From Candidatus Iainarchaeum sp. (GTDB lineage: Archaea > Iainarchaeota > Iainarchaeia > Iainarchaeales > GCA-2688035), in contig JAFCCL010000011.1 of NCBI GenBank assembly GCA_017610205.1, forward strand, positions 1 through 37,592: a DNA stretch of 37,592 nt. Reading direction: 5' to 3'. Position numbers and translations under genes: made by a program. Shown here piece after piece: positions 16,420 to 25,929 of this stretch (within the stretch, counting starts at the first letter, position 1; the number at the start of each line of letters is the position of its first letter). The notes beneath the pieces are model-generated. The model saw only the letters and a list, made by a program, of their open reading frames with translations. It was not told where the DNA came from and did not search any database.

Positions 16420-18015
16420 ATGAATTTTCCTTTGAGAGCATTGGTTTTGGGTGCGTTTCTGTCCGTACTTGTTGCAATGTACAGTGCCTATGCAGGGCTT
16501 ATGATTGGCGGAGTTTACTGGCCTAGCCTTGCAATGGCTGTTGTTTCAATGGCTCTTTTGACACTGTTTGGCAGGACAAACAAAAATGAAATAAATATTG
16601 CCCAGACTGCTGCTTCGGCAGGTGGTCTTCTTGCAGCAGGCCTTATTTTTACAATTCCTGCCATTTGGATTCTTGGACTTGAAGTAACCCTTGTTGAAAT
16701 TCTTTTTGTTTCCCTTGTCGGAGGTCTTACAGGCATACTTTTTTCCATTCCACTGCGGAAGGAAATGGTTGAAAGGGAAAAGCTTCCCTATCCTGACGGA
16801 ACTGCAACTGCTGCAGTAATTGAAGCAGGTGATGAGAAGGGAATCAAGGCAAAGATTGTTTTTGGAATGTTTGGTGTTGGTGCAATCGTTTCCCTGTTAA
16901 GGGACCAGTTTGGAGTTATTCCGGGAATTATTTCACTTGACTCAATCAAGGCGACTGTTGCAAAATTTTTTTCTTTGGGGACATCTGTTTCACTAATACC
17001 TTTTTCAGGCGGCTATTTAATTGGTCCAAAGTTTACAGCAATATGGTTTGCCGGAGCAATTCTTTCAAATTTTGTATTAATTCCATACCTTGTAGCAACA
17101 GCGGCTTTTGAGACAAAATTTGATGCAGTTACAGCTGTTGCTTCTCCGCTTGGAATAGGGATTGTTGTCGGAGCAGCCATTGCCTACTTTTTCCTTAAGG
17201 CAGTTCCAAGGTTCAAGTCCTTGATATCGGATTACAGGGTTTCTGGAAAGAAAAACTCAAGGCTGTTTGGATTATTGTTAATCTTCCTTGTTGCAATGCT
17301 TACCTTTGTTTTCCAGCTCAATGTCGTTGTTTCAGTAATTGCAATTATTGGCTCTTTTGTAATGGCTTATATTGGTGCAAGGGTAACTGGGGAAATGAAT
17401 ATTGATCCAATGGAATTGTTTGCAATGATTGTTTTGATTGCAGCCAAGCTTTTGTTTGGCTTTAATGCCGTTTTGCTTGTTTTGCTTGCGGCTGTTGTAT
17501 GCATTTCAGCAGGGGTTGCAGGAGACTTAATGCAGGATCTTAAGGCAGGTTTTATTCTTGGAACAAATCCAAGGCAGCAGCTTTATGCCCAAATTGTTGG
17601 AGTTGTTGCAGCCTCTTTTGTAATTGGATTTGTGCTCTTTGCATTAAACACTTCTCCTGTTGTTGGTCCAATTGGCTCTGAAGCCCTACCGGCTCCACAG
17701 GCAGTTGCCTTAAGTGCTATTGTTGGTGCGGAATCCCTTTCCGGAATGCTTGCAGTGGGAATTGTAATAGGAATTATTGCCGCATTTGTTGTGAATTTCT
17801 TTTCAAATGCAATAATGGTTGTTGCTTTTGGAATAGGTGTTTATGTCCCGATTTTGCTGTCATTTCCTTTGTTCATTGGAGGGCTTTTAAGGCTGGCTGC
17901 TGACCGAAAAGGATTTACTGAACAGGGAAGGCTTATGGCAGCAGGAGCTATTGCAGGAGAAGGATTTGTAGGAGTTTCATCTGCTTTAATTGGTTTGATT
18001 ACAACTTTTTTGTGA
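16420..18015 (+). CDS. OPT-family oligopeptide transporter (start uncertain, 16405-16420)
   Basis: EINIAQTAASAG, LPYPDGTATA, DLMQDLKAG, LPAPQA and GAIAGEG. Confidence 0.92.
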   Translation: MNFPLRALVLGAFLSVLVAMYSAYAGLMIGGVYWPSLAMAVVSMALLTLFGRTNKNEINIAQTAASAGGLLAAGLIFTIPAIWILGLEVTLVEILFVSLVGGLTGILFSIPLRKEMVEREKLPYPDGTATAAVIEAGDEKGIKAKIVFGMFGVGAIVSLLRDQFGVIPGIISLDSIKATVAKFFSLGTSVSLIPFSGGYLIGPKFTAIWFAGAILSNFVLIPYLVATAAFETKFDAVTAVASPLGIGIVVGAAIAYFFLKAVPRFKSLISDYRVSGKKNSRLFGLLLIFLVAMLTFVFQLNVVVSVIAIIGSFVMAYIGARVTGEMNIDPMELFAMIVLIAAKLLFGFNAVLLVLLAAVVCISAGVAGDLMQDLKAGFILGTNPRQQLYAQIVGVVAASFVIGFVLFALNTSPVVGPIGSEALPAPQAVALSAIVGAESLSGMLAVGIVIGIIAAFVVNFFSNAIMVVAFGIGVYVPILLSFPLFIGGLLRLAADRKGFTEQGRLMAAGAIAGEGFVGVSSALIGLITTFL

Positions 18016-18135
18016 CCTGCATTATTTCTCAATTATCTGGTTTTTCTGCATTTTGTAATATGCCTTGTTTCTTTTGGTTGATTTTTTTGCAGTAAGTTAA
18101 CTTTATTAACTTCTTTTGCCTTTTCTTTTTTTGAA

Positions 18136-18498
18136 ATGGATGGAGCAAAGGTAAGGATTGGTTCAATAGTTATTTTGCTTCTTGTCATTCTTTTAATTGG
18201 TACATTGGTATTTCACAGTTTGGAACAATGGTCCTTGCTTGATTCATTCTATTTTACTTCAACAACCCTTATGACAATTGGATATGGTGACCTTGTGCCA
18301 ACTCACAATGCTTCAAAGCTTGCAACAGTTGCCTTTGCCTTAAGCGGTGTGGCAATTTTCTTTTATGGTTTGGGAATAATAGCAGGTTATTATATTCAAA
18401 AAGGACAGCAGTTTGAAGAATATGAAACGGCAAAAATAAAGGAAATTGTTTCAAACATGTCTCTGCCGTTCAAAAGAAAAAAGAGCCTGAAAAAATAA
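18136..18498 (+). CDS. Two-TM potassium channel pore protein
   Basis: WSLLDSFYF...TIGYGDLVP selectivity filter; no RCK domain. Confidence 0.92.
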   Translation: MDGAKVRIGSIVILLLVILLIGTLVFHSLEQWSLLDSFYFTSTTLMTIGYGDLVPTHNASKLATVAFALSGVAIFFYGLGIIAGYYIQKGQQFEEYETAKIKEIVSNMSLPFKRKKSLKK

Positions 18499-18594
18499 CC
18501 ACCTGCTTTTTGTTATGCCTAAGTCTGCTGAAACAATTTTAAATAAGTTGCACCTATTATTATTTTGGTAATTTTGGGGATTTGGTGAAAAGGA

Positions 18595-19317
18595 ATGATA
18601 GAGCTTAAAAAGGTTGGGCACTGGAAGAGGGCAATTGATTCAATTTCTTCTTTTATTAGTGAAGGAAATTTTCGCTTTAATGATGACGGCATTAGCCTAA
18701 AGGCAGTTGACCCAAGCCAGATTGTTTTGGTAAACTTTTTAATGCAAAAAAGCGCTTTTGATAAATTTGAGGTTGAGCCAACATTTGCAGGTTGTGACTT
18801 AATTGAATTAAGCAAGATTATGGCAAGAGCTCTTTCAAATGACAAAATGATTCTCAAGCTGGATGACAGTGAACTCAAATTAAAGTTTGAAGGTGAAATC
18901 AGCAGGAGCTTTTCTTTGCCATTGCTTGATGTTTCAGAAGAGGATGTGAAAATGCCTTCTCCTGAATTTGATGCAAGCATTGACATTAGTGCCCGCATTA
19001 TAAAAGAAGCATTAAAGGATGCCTCTCTTTTTGGAAGCAGTGTTGTTTTTCGCGTAAAGGAAGGGGAAATGACTATTGAGGCAAGAGGCAGTTCTGGAAC
19101 ACTGCACACTGTTGCAAAGCAGTCAAAGGGAATTTCAATAAAAAGCAAGTCAGAGGTTGTAAGCAAGTACTCCCTGAACTTTTTGCAAAACATTGTAAAA
19201 GACGCTGAGCCAGAGCAAAAGATTTTGCTTGAACTCAAAACAGATGCTCCAATGCGCGTTTCATACAAGCTTGGTCCTGCAAAAATTGAGTTCTATTTGG
19301 CTCATATGATACTTTAA
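18595..19317 (+). CDS. pcn: PCNA (paralog 2, divergent)
   Basis: FISEGNF, LKAVDPSQIVLV, YSLNFL and C-terminal FYLAHMIL. Confidence 0.92.
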   Translation: MIELKKVGHWKRAIDSISSFISEGNFRFNDDGISLKAVDPSQIVLVNFLMQKSAFDKFEVEPTFAGCDLIELSKIMARALSNDKMILKLDDSELKLKFEGEISRSFSLPLLDVSEEDVKMPSPEFDASIDISARIIKEALKDASLFGSSVVFRVKEGEMTIEARGSSGTLHTVAKQSKGISIKSKSEVVSKYSLNFLQNIVKDAEPEQKILLELKTDAPMRVSYKLGPAKIEFYLAHMIL

Positions 19318-19321
19318 TGTC

Positions 19322-19912
19322 TCATTTCTTTTCCGTTTCAAGTCTTGGTTCATAGATTTTTTTTAGCACCTTATTAAACCCAATAATGCATACTGCGAGG
19401 AGTGCTAAGTATAAGACTATGAAATCTAAAGCATAAAAGAAATTTACTTTTGGAATTACCATTCTGAACATATCTTCAAAAGTTGATAAAAGTAACAGTA
19501 CTATTGCTAGAATTGATGCTAGTGTAAAAACAAGAATTCCTATAATCCATACATATTGTAATGCAATCCATTTGCCAACATTTTGCTTTTTTTTATAAAT
19601 CTTCTCGCGCCTTATCCTTTCGTTCTTGCTTAGAAGTCCAAAAAAATTCATTGGACCCCCAAAAACTGCCGCTACTGCAAGTGTTTCTTTTGAAACAGGC
19701 TTATCAACAATTCCCCTTTTTTCCTGCCTGTAAAATATTACTGCTGCCACAAAACTCAAAAGTCCCCCGACAAACATAATCCACTTTAATTCCCCGGTCT
19801 GAGATAATATCTGGCCTGTTATAAAAGCGTTTGCGGAAACAATCAATAATACAATTCCAAGTATTACTGCCATCAAGGCAATCTTATATTTTTTGATTGT
19901 TGCTATAGTCAT
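19322..19912 (-). CDS. Hypothetical membrane protein
   Basis: About four hydrophobic segments; no recognised motif. Confidence 0.7.
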   Translation of the reverse strand: MTIATIKKYKIALMAVILGIVLLIVSANAFITGQILSQTGELKWIMFVGGLLSFVAAVIFYRQEKRGIVDKPVSKETLAVAAVFGGPMNFFGLLSKNERIRREKIYKKKQNVGKWIALQYVWIIGILVFTLASILAIVLLLLSTFEDMFRMVIPKVNFFYALDFIVLYLALLAVCIIGFNKVLKKIYEPRLETEKK

Positions 19913-20003
19913 TATTTTCTTATTGTAGTCTCTTTTACTATTTTAATTTACCGGAAACCTGCTTCCAATTCTCTTTTTATTACTTTTAATCCACTATTTT
20001 TTA

Positions 20004-21059
20004 ATGCATACTTTACAGCAATTGTTGTTTGCGCAGCATTTTCCTTTTACCAAATCTGCAAAGAAAATTGTTCTGGAAGAAGACCTTTCTTTGAAGGATT
20101 TGCCAGAGCCTGTTATTGAACGGGCTGAATTAATGGCAAGGCATGCTTTTGAGGGAAAAGAATATTTGTTTGAATTGCAGTCTTCAGATTTGCTTTTGCA
20201 GGAGCTGCTTGCCTTTCCTGTTGCAAAAATTATTGTGTCTTTTGTAAACAATCCAACCTTGTTCAGAAAATTTAGTGCAATGGTTGCAGATTCCTCCCAT
20301 GCTTTTTTGAACGTGGAAAAGGACAAGGGGAAGCAGGCAATTTCACTCGCATCCGATTTTGGCTTTAAGTTTGATTTTCCTGAATCAAAGTCTTTTTTTA
20401 TTTCAATGCCTTTGCAGGAATTTCTTTCAGTTCCGTTCAGTGACAATTCCTTAAAGCTTGTTAATCAGTTTGTAAGCAACGGAACTGTTTTCCTTGACCT
20501 AAACGGTTTTTGTCGCTTTTTGTGCGAAAAAAGCTATGCAACTGTTCTGACTTCCTTGCCTGTTCCTGTAAAGGGTCTGCCTAAAAGGCTTGAAGCCATT
20601 GCAAAATCTTTAAAATCTGAGGCAAAGGCAAGGGAGCAAAAGCTTTTTGCAACTGCTTTCAAAGGAAATGTTGCGCCTGAATCCTTTCCTCCATGCATTG
20701 CTTCAATGTACAGCCAGCTTGCCTCTGGTCAAAAATTGCCTCATATGGCAAATTTTACTCTTGCAACTTTTTTGAACAGTATTGGAATGCCAAAGAGCGG
20801 AATTTTTGCCTTGTTAAAAAAAAGCCCGAATTTTAATGAAAGGATTACTACCTATCAACTTGACCGAATTGTGGCACAAAATTATATGCCGCCAGGTTGT
20901 GACAAAATAAAATCTTATGGGTTTTGCCCTGACAAATTCTGCAAGGCAAAGCACCCAATATCCTATTATCGGTGGAGGCTTAGGTCAACTAAAAAACCTG
21001 TTTCAAAACAGCCGGATGCCAATTCCGAAGTCAACGAAAAAAAAGAGGTGTCCAAGTAA
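20004..21059 (+). CDS. priL: DNA primase large subunit
   Basis: HFPF, FPPCI, LPHMANFTLATFL, PNFNERITTYQL and YMPPGC...FCPDKFC..HPISYY Fe-S ligands. Confidence 0.93.
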   Translation: MHTLQQLLFAQHFPFTKSAKKIVLEEDLSLKDLPEPVIERAELMARHAFEGKEYLFELQSSDLLLQELLAFPVAKIIVSFVNNPTLFRKFSAMVADSSHAFLNVEKDKGKQAISLASDFGFKFDFPESKSFFISMPLQEFLSVPFSDNSLKLVNQFVSNGTVFLDLNGFCRFLCEKSYATVLTSLPVPVKGLPKRLEAIAKSLKSEAKAREQKLFATAFKGNVAPESFPPCIASMYSQLASGQKLPHMANFTLATFLNSIGMPKSGIFALLKKSPNFNERITTYQLDRIVAQNYMPPGCDKIKSYGFCPDKFCKAKHPISYYRWRLRSTKKPVSKQPDANSEVNEKKEVSK

Positions 21060-22306
21060 TGGCTGGAGAAGAAGCATTTTTAAGAAACCATTTTAGGGAT
21101 TTTTACAAAAAAAAATTTGTTGCCGGCCCACCAGAGCTTGCGGCAAGAGAATTTGGTTATGGGGTTTTTGGAAGAAAGATTGCTAACAGAAATTTGGCTT
21201 TTGCCTCCCAAAAGGATTTCAATAATTTTCTTAGAAATCAGGTTCCTTTTTTTATGAGTTACAGTTCTGCACTTTACAAGTTTCCTTCAAGGCGGCCAAT
21301 GGAAGCCAAAGAGCTTTTTGCAGCAGACCTTGTTTACGAGTTTGATGCTGATGATTTGCCAACTGACTGCAAGAAAAAACACGATTCTTGGAAATGTCCA
21401 AAATGTGGAAAAAAAGGTAATGGAAGGCAGTTGCAGTGTGATGACTGTGGCACTCAAACAAAGCTTGATGAATGGTTTTGTCCTGAATGCCTTGGCACTG
21501 CGAAGAAAAAGGTTTTTTCATTGCTTGAATTTCTTGAGAAAGATTTTGGTTTTAATGAAGGCATTAGCATTAATTTCAGCGGCAGAGCCGGTTACCATGT
21601 TCATGTCAGAAGCGAGAGCATAAGGCAATTGCCAAGAAGTGCAAGGCTTGAATTAATTGATTACCTTACAGCAAATGGTTTGAATATTTTTAGTCATTTC
21701 AGAAAAGAGGCGACTTTTTTTAGTTGTCCAGGTATTGAAGGCAAGGCAGGTTGGCCTAAGAGAATTTTGGAAGAGCTTGTAAGGCTTTTGGAAGAACCCA
21801 ATGTTGAAAAAATTGCAGTAATGGGCAACATTTCTGTTTCTGAAGCAAAAAGGCTTGTTAAGGAAAAAAAAACAATTCTTGATTCCATAAGCAAGCGAAG
21901 TACAATTCCGTCAATTTTTGGACGTGTAAGTTCAAAGGGTGAAAGCAAGTCTGATAAATTTTGGCAGAATTTTTTAAACAACATTGTTGCAAAAATTGCC
22001 CCGATTGATCGCCAAACAAGTGTTGATTTGAACAAAATTGTTCGCGTTCCAGAAACACTGCATGGTGAAACAGGCTTTGTTTCAAGGAAACTTTCAAGAG
22101 CTGAGTTAAAGGAATTTAATCCATTTGATGATGCCCTTGCCTTTGAAGGCAAGGGCACAGTAAGGGTTTTTATTCCTAAGGCACCAATCATTTATCTGGC
22201 AGGGCAAAGCTTTGGGCCGTTTGATGAAAAAGAGACGGAATTGCCGTTGAATGCGGGAATTTTCCTTCTGGCATCAGGTCGTGCCAAATTGGTGGGAGAA
22301 AAATGA
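21059..22306 (+). CDS. priS: DNA primase small (catalytic) subunit
   Basis: REFG, LVYEFDADD, FSGRAGYHVHV, IDRQTSVD..RVPETLHG and a Cys-rich Zn insertion. Confidence 0.95.
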   Translation: MAGEEAFLRNHFRDFYKKKFVAGPPELAAREFGYGVFGRKIANRNLAFASQKDFNNFLRNQVPFFMSYSSALYKFPSRRPMEAKELFAADLVYEFDADDLPTDCKKKHDSWKCPKCGKKGNGRQLQCDDCGTQTKLDEWFCPECLGTAKKKVFSLLEFLEKDFGFNEGISINFSGRAGYHVHVRSESIRQLPRSARLELIDYLTANGLNIFSHFRKEATFFSCPGIEGKAGWPKRILEELVRLLEEPNVEKIAVMGNISVSEAKRLVKEKKTILDSISKRSTIPSIFGRVSSKGESKSDKFWQNFLNNIVAKIAPIDRQTSVDLNKIVRVPETLHGETGFVSRKLSRAELKEFNPFDDALAFEGKGTVRVFIPKAPIIYLAGQSFGPFDEKETELPLNAGIFLLASGRAKLVGEK

Positions 22307-22848
22307 AGCTTGATTACGACGAACTGAGAAAAATTTACAGGCTTGAAAAAAACAATTCAAGGCTTGCTGAAGTTGACGATGATTTTCTTGACTTGCTTAC
22401 TGATTTTTTTAAAGCCCAAAAAAAAGATTATTTGAAGAGCCTGAATGACCTGCCAAGCATAAAGGCAAAAACCTTTTCAAATTTGAAAAAAATCATCGGC
22501 GAAATTTTTAGCATTAGGGAGAAAAAGCTTTTGAACAAAGCTTTAATTGCAAGCAGAACAGGAGATCTTGAAAAAGAACCAATGTCATTGCAGGAAGCTC
22601 AGACTTTGGAAGCTTTGCTTTTGGTTCTTAACAAACACCAGTCAATTCTTAACAATATTTTCAATGGCAAGCCAAAGTCTGAGAAAGGTGTTTTGGGAAA
22701 GGTTTCTTTAAAGATTATTCAGTCTGTTCCTGCTTTCATGGGTGCTGATATGGAGGAGTATGGTCCTTTTACAAAAGACAAGTCTGTTGCTTTGCCTGAA
22801 AAGATTGCATTGCTTCTTATTTCAAGAAAGCTGGCGGAACGCGTTTAA
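22303..22848 (+). CDS. GINS complex protein (Gins15/51)
   Basis: YDELRKIYRLEK...LAEVDDDF, REKKL and C-terminal VPAFMGADMEEYGPF; immediately after priS. Confidence 0.88.
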   Translation: MKLDYDELRKIYRLEKNNSRLAEVDDDFLDLLTDFFKAQKKDYLKSLNDLPSIKAKTFSNLKKIIGEIFSIREKKLLNKALIASRTGDLEKEPMSLQEAQTLEALLLVLNKHQSILNNIFNGKPKSEKGVLGKVSLKIIQSVPAFMGADMEEYGPFTKDKSVALPEKIALLLISRKLAERV

Positions 22849-22859
22849 GTGGTGGTGTT

Positions 22860-23057
22860 ATGAGAAAAACAGAGTTTGCAAGTAATCCCAAGAGTTTTTT
22901 TCTCAAAGTAAAATGCCTTGGTTGTGGAAACAAGCAGGCTATTTTCAGTTCTGCTGCCCGCAGTGTCAAATGCCTTGGCTGCAGTCAGGTGCTTGCTGAT
23001 TCAGGTTCTGGAAAAATTCTTTTAAGGCATAGTGTTGTGAGGGAATTGAAGGGGTGA
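22860..23057 (+). CDS. rps27e: 30S ribosomal protein S27e
   Basis: PKSFFLKVKCLGCGNKQAIF..VKCLGC Zn ribbon. Confidence 0.95.
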   Translation: MRKTEFASNPKSFFLKVKCLGCGNKQAIFSSAARSVKCLGCSQVLADSGSGKILLRHSVVRELKG

Positions 23058-23833
23058 ATGATTTGGATAATAAGAATGGGCTTCCTGAAGTTGGCGAAAC
23101 AGTTGTCTGCAAAGTAAAGCAGGTTCTTGGTTATGGTGCGTTTGTTGAACTTGTTGAGTATGGAAACAAAAAGGGTTTTGTCCACGTAAGCCAGGTGGCT
23201 TCACGCTGGGTCAAAAACATAAGGAATTATGTTAAGGAAGGACAGATTAGGGCTGCCAAAGTTTTGTCAATTAACACAGGCCGTGGCCAAATAGACCTTT
23301 CGTTTAACAAAGTTTCAAGCCATGCCCAGAGGGCAAGGATAGAGGAGTGGAAACAGCTTAAGAGAAGCAAAAAGCTTTTGGAAATTCTTGCAGAAGGTCA
23401 GGGAAAAACTTTTGAACAAGCCTGGGATCTTGTTGCAAATCCATTGCTTGAAATTTATGATTCTTTGGGAGAGGCGTTTCAAAACATTGCCTTGCTTGGA
23501 GCAGAGGCTGCAGAAGGAGTTCCAAAAGAATGGCTAAAGCCTCTTGTAGACCTTATTAAAAAAAGCGTGCCGGTTCCGGAAAAAATTCTTAAAGGAGTGC
23601 TTTCAGTAAAGCTTGTTGACCCAAAAGGTGTTGATTTAATTAAGGAAATTTTGTTAAATGTTGAAAAAAACAACGATGTTAAAATTTTTTACAGTGGCGG
23701 AGGCAAGTATAATGTAAAGGCAACAGCGCCTGACTTCAAGTCCGCTGAAAAAATTCTTACTGCTGCATCTGAAGCCGCAATTGAAGCAATTAAAAAGGCT
23801 GGTGGCGAATCAAAATTTAAGAGGAGTGGATAA
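23054..23833 (+). CDS. eif2a: Translation initiation factor 2 alpha subunit
   Basis: LPEVGETVVC, S1 domain GFVHVSQVASRWVKNIR and IDLS. Confidence 0.96.
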   Translation: MNDLDNKNGLPEVGETVVCKVKQVLGYGAFVELVEYGNKKGFVHVSQVASRWVKNIRNYVKEGQIRAAKVLSINTGRGQIDLSFNKVSSHAQRARIEEWKQLKRSKKLLEILAEGQGKTFEQAWDLVANPLLEIYDSLGEAFQNIALLGAEAAEGVPKEWLKPLVDLIKKSVPVPEKILKGVLSVKLVDPKGVDLIKEILLNVEKNNDVKIFYSGGGKYNVKATAPDFKSAEKILTAASEAAIEAIKKAGGESKFKRSG

Positions 23834-23834
23834 A

Positions 23835-24611
23835 ATGGGAACAAAAATAGTTTTTTTAAAAAAGCAAAAGCTTTCAAAACCTGTTCTGCTTGTAGGCCTT
23901 CCTGGAATTGGTCTTGTGGGAAAAATATGTGTTGATTACTTTCTAAAGCAGTTTAAGGCAACCCTTATTGCAGAGGTTTACAGTGACAGTTTTCCTCCGA
24001 CAGTTCATACAAAACAGGGTATTGTAGAGTTAATATCAGACCAGTTGTTTGCATTCAAGTTTAAAGACAGGCATTTTCTTTTCCTTGCAGGTCCTGTTCA
24101 GCCAAGTCTTGATTTTAGGGCTGGAAGTTCGCAGGAACACTATGAGTTTGCAGAAGAAGTTGTTGATGTGGTAAAAAAGCTTGGTGTCAAAGAAATATAC
24201 ACGCTTGCAGGAATCAACATTGGAGACAAGCGAATGGGAAAGCAGCCAAATGTTGTTGTTGCAGCAACAAACAAAAAGATTTTGGAAAGTTTCAAAAAGC
24301 TTGGGGCAAGATTTGACAAAAAAGAAGGGCTTATCAGCGGAGCAGCCGGACTCTTGCTTGGAGTTGGTGCAAAGCACGGAATTGAAGGGGCTTGCCTTAT
24401 GGGTGAAACAAATGCAAGGCTTGTTTATGGAGACCACAGTGCTGCCAAAAAGCTGATTGAGCTTCTTGTGAAAAAGTTTGGCTTCAAAGTTGACATGAAA
24501 AGCATTGAAATGGACTCAAAAAACATTGAGGAAGCATTCAAAAAGCTAACCCAGCAGTTTGAAGGAATGGAAGAAAAGATGCCGACAAATGGACCAAGTT
24601 ATGTGAGATAA
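23835..24611 (+). CDS. PAC2-family proteasome assembly chaperone
   Basis: LVGLPGIGLVGKI, ISGAAGLLLG, CLMGET and a C-terminal Tyr (SYVR). The ATG at 23835 is just after the aIF2alpha stop. Confidence 0.9.
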   Translation: MGTKIVFLKKQKLSKPVLLVGLPGIGLVGKICVDYFLKQFKATLIAEVYSDSFPPTVHTKQGIVELISDQLFAFKFKDRHFLFLAGPVQPSLDFRAGSSQEHYEFAEEVVDVVKKLGVKEIYTLAGINIGDKRMGKQPNVVVAATNKKILESFKKLGARFDKKEGLISGAAGLLLGVGAKHGIEGACLMGETNARLVYGDHSAAKKLIELLVKKFGFKVDMKSIEMDSKNIEEAFKKLTQQFEGMEEKMPTNGPSYVR

Positions 24612-25874
24612 TTAAAACTCCCCAAGCGTCTTTTGATTAGCAAGGGCTTTTTCCTCTTCTTCCAGTTCCTTTCCTTTTTTTTCAAACTCTTCTTTACTGT
24701 CGCAAATAACCGGTTTTCCGTAGTTTCCTCCGCCGCCAGGAATGTAGTGAACCCATCCTTTTCTAAATGAAGTAATCTTTTTTCCAACATCTGGATTTAC
24801 CTTTTTCAATTCTTCTTCCGGTGTGTCAACCAGTATATTTATTTCTGTTCCAAACCTGTCAATAAAATCGCGCCACATTCCCTGAACCGCGATTGTGTTA
24901 ATTCCCTTTACTTTAAGCGCGAGTTGGATTATTTCAGCCAGTGGCACAGAGTGCATGTAAGGCGGCCTAAAATCCGGGTGCTCTTTCTTTCCGTCTGAAA
25001 GCATCTCAATTCTGTCTCTTACTCCCCGCTTAATGCTTCCCTTGCATTTTGGGCATCTCCAATTAAGCTTTTCCGATTGCTCCAAAGAGAATTTTTCATA
25101 GCAGGCATTGCATGCAGTCAAATGATACTTGCCCTCCCTTGGATCAAAACCAACATTTAGCTTAATCTTTTTCTCATCCTTTTGCTCCAAGGCTTTTCTC
25201 AGTTCCTTAAAGCTTGGTTCCTTCATTTCAATTCTTGCAAATTCCCTTCCAATTCTGTGCGGCCATGGAGAGTGGGAATCAGAGCAGGTTAGAAACTGGT
25301 ACTGCCTGTTTTCCGGAATCATGTCTGCATAATTTGTGTCGGCGCTCAAACCAAGTTCAAGAAAGCTAATCTTTTTTCCCATTTCTCCATATGCTTCTTT
25401 TACTGAATCAAAATGGGCGTAAACTGAAAAGTATGGTGTGAAAGCGTGCGCTGGTCCAATAATTCCTCCTGCATCAAAAACCTTTTCTGCAATCTCTTCC
25501 GGGCTTAGCCTTATGACAGGCCTGCCGCATCCCCAGCTATCAAAGATTGCTTTGCCTTTCAAGCTTTCCTTCAAATTTTCTGCTGCTGCAAAGTCTGGCA
25601 AAAAGACAAGGTGGTGAATTCTTTTGTTGCACTGGACTTCAACCTGTGGAATAAAAAAAACCTGTTCCTTTTTGTCCATGAACACGCCGTTTTCTTTTTC
25701 CAAAATGTTTTCTTTCAGGTGTTTGAACCATGTTCCCTGCAGAATGTCTGCCATGCCGCAAACGTCAAGCCCCTTTAACTTGCTCTGTTCCGCAATAGTT
25801 GGAACAAGCATGTTTTTGGAAACCCCTGCGCTGTATGGTCCGTGAAAGTGCAGGTCGCAGTTGAATTCAGTCAT
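24612..25874 (-). CDS. Endonuclease Q (TIGR00375/PHP family)
   Basis: DLHFHGPYS, PAHAFTPY, ELGLSAD, SDSHS, GKYH..C..C, CPKC, PGGGGNYG and a C-terminal PIP-like QKTLGEF. Confidence 0.9.
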   Translation of the reverse strand: MTEFNCDLHFHGPYSAGVSKNMLVPTIAEQSKLKGLDVCGMADILQGTWFKHLKENILEKENGVFMDKKEQVFFIPQVEVQCNKRIHHLVFLPDFAAAENLKESLKGKAIFDSWGCGRPVIRLSPEEIAEKVFDAGGIIGPAHAFTPYFSVYAHFDSVKEAYGEMGKKISFLELGLSADTNYADMIPENRQYQFLTCSDSHSPWPHRIGREFARIEMKEPSFKELRKALEQKDEKKIKLNVGFDPREGKYHLTACNACYEKFSLEQSEKLNWRCPKCKGSIKRGVRDRIEMLSDGKKEHPDFRPPYMHSVPLAEIIQLALKVKGINTIAVQGMWRDFIDRFGTEINILVDTPEEELKKVNPDVGKKITSFRKGWVHYIPGGGGNYGKPVICDSKEEFEKKGKELEEEEKALANQKTLGEF

Positions 25875-25929
25875 TTTAATCCCTATAAACTTGTTTATTA
25901 ATTACTTTTATTAAAGAAATTAATTTAAT

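Noticed and set aside
18519-19268. 249-aa minus-strand ORF and the many other short antisense or overlapping ORFs in the track
   Set aside because: They are shadows of well-supported genes (here PCNA 2) and have no motifs of their own.
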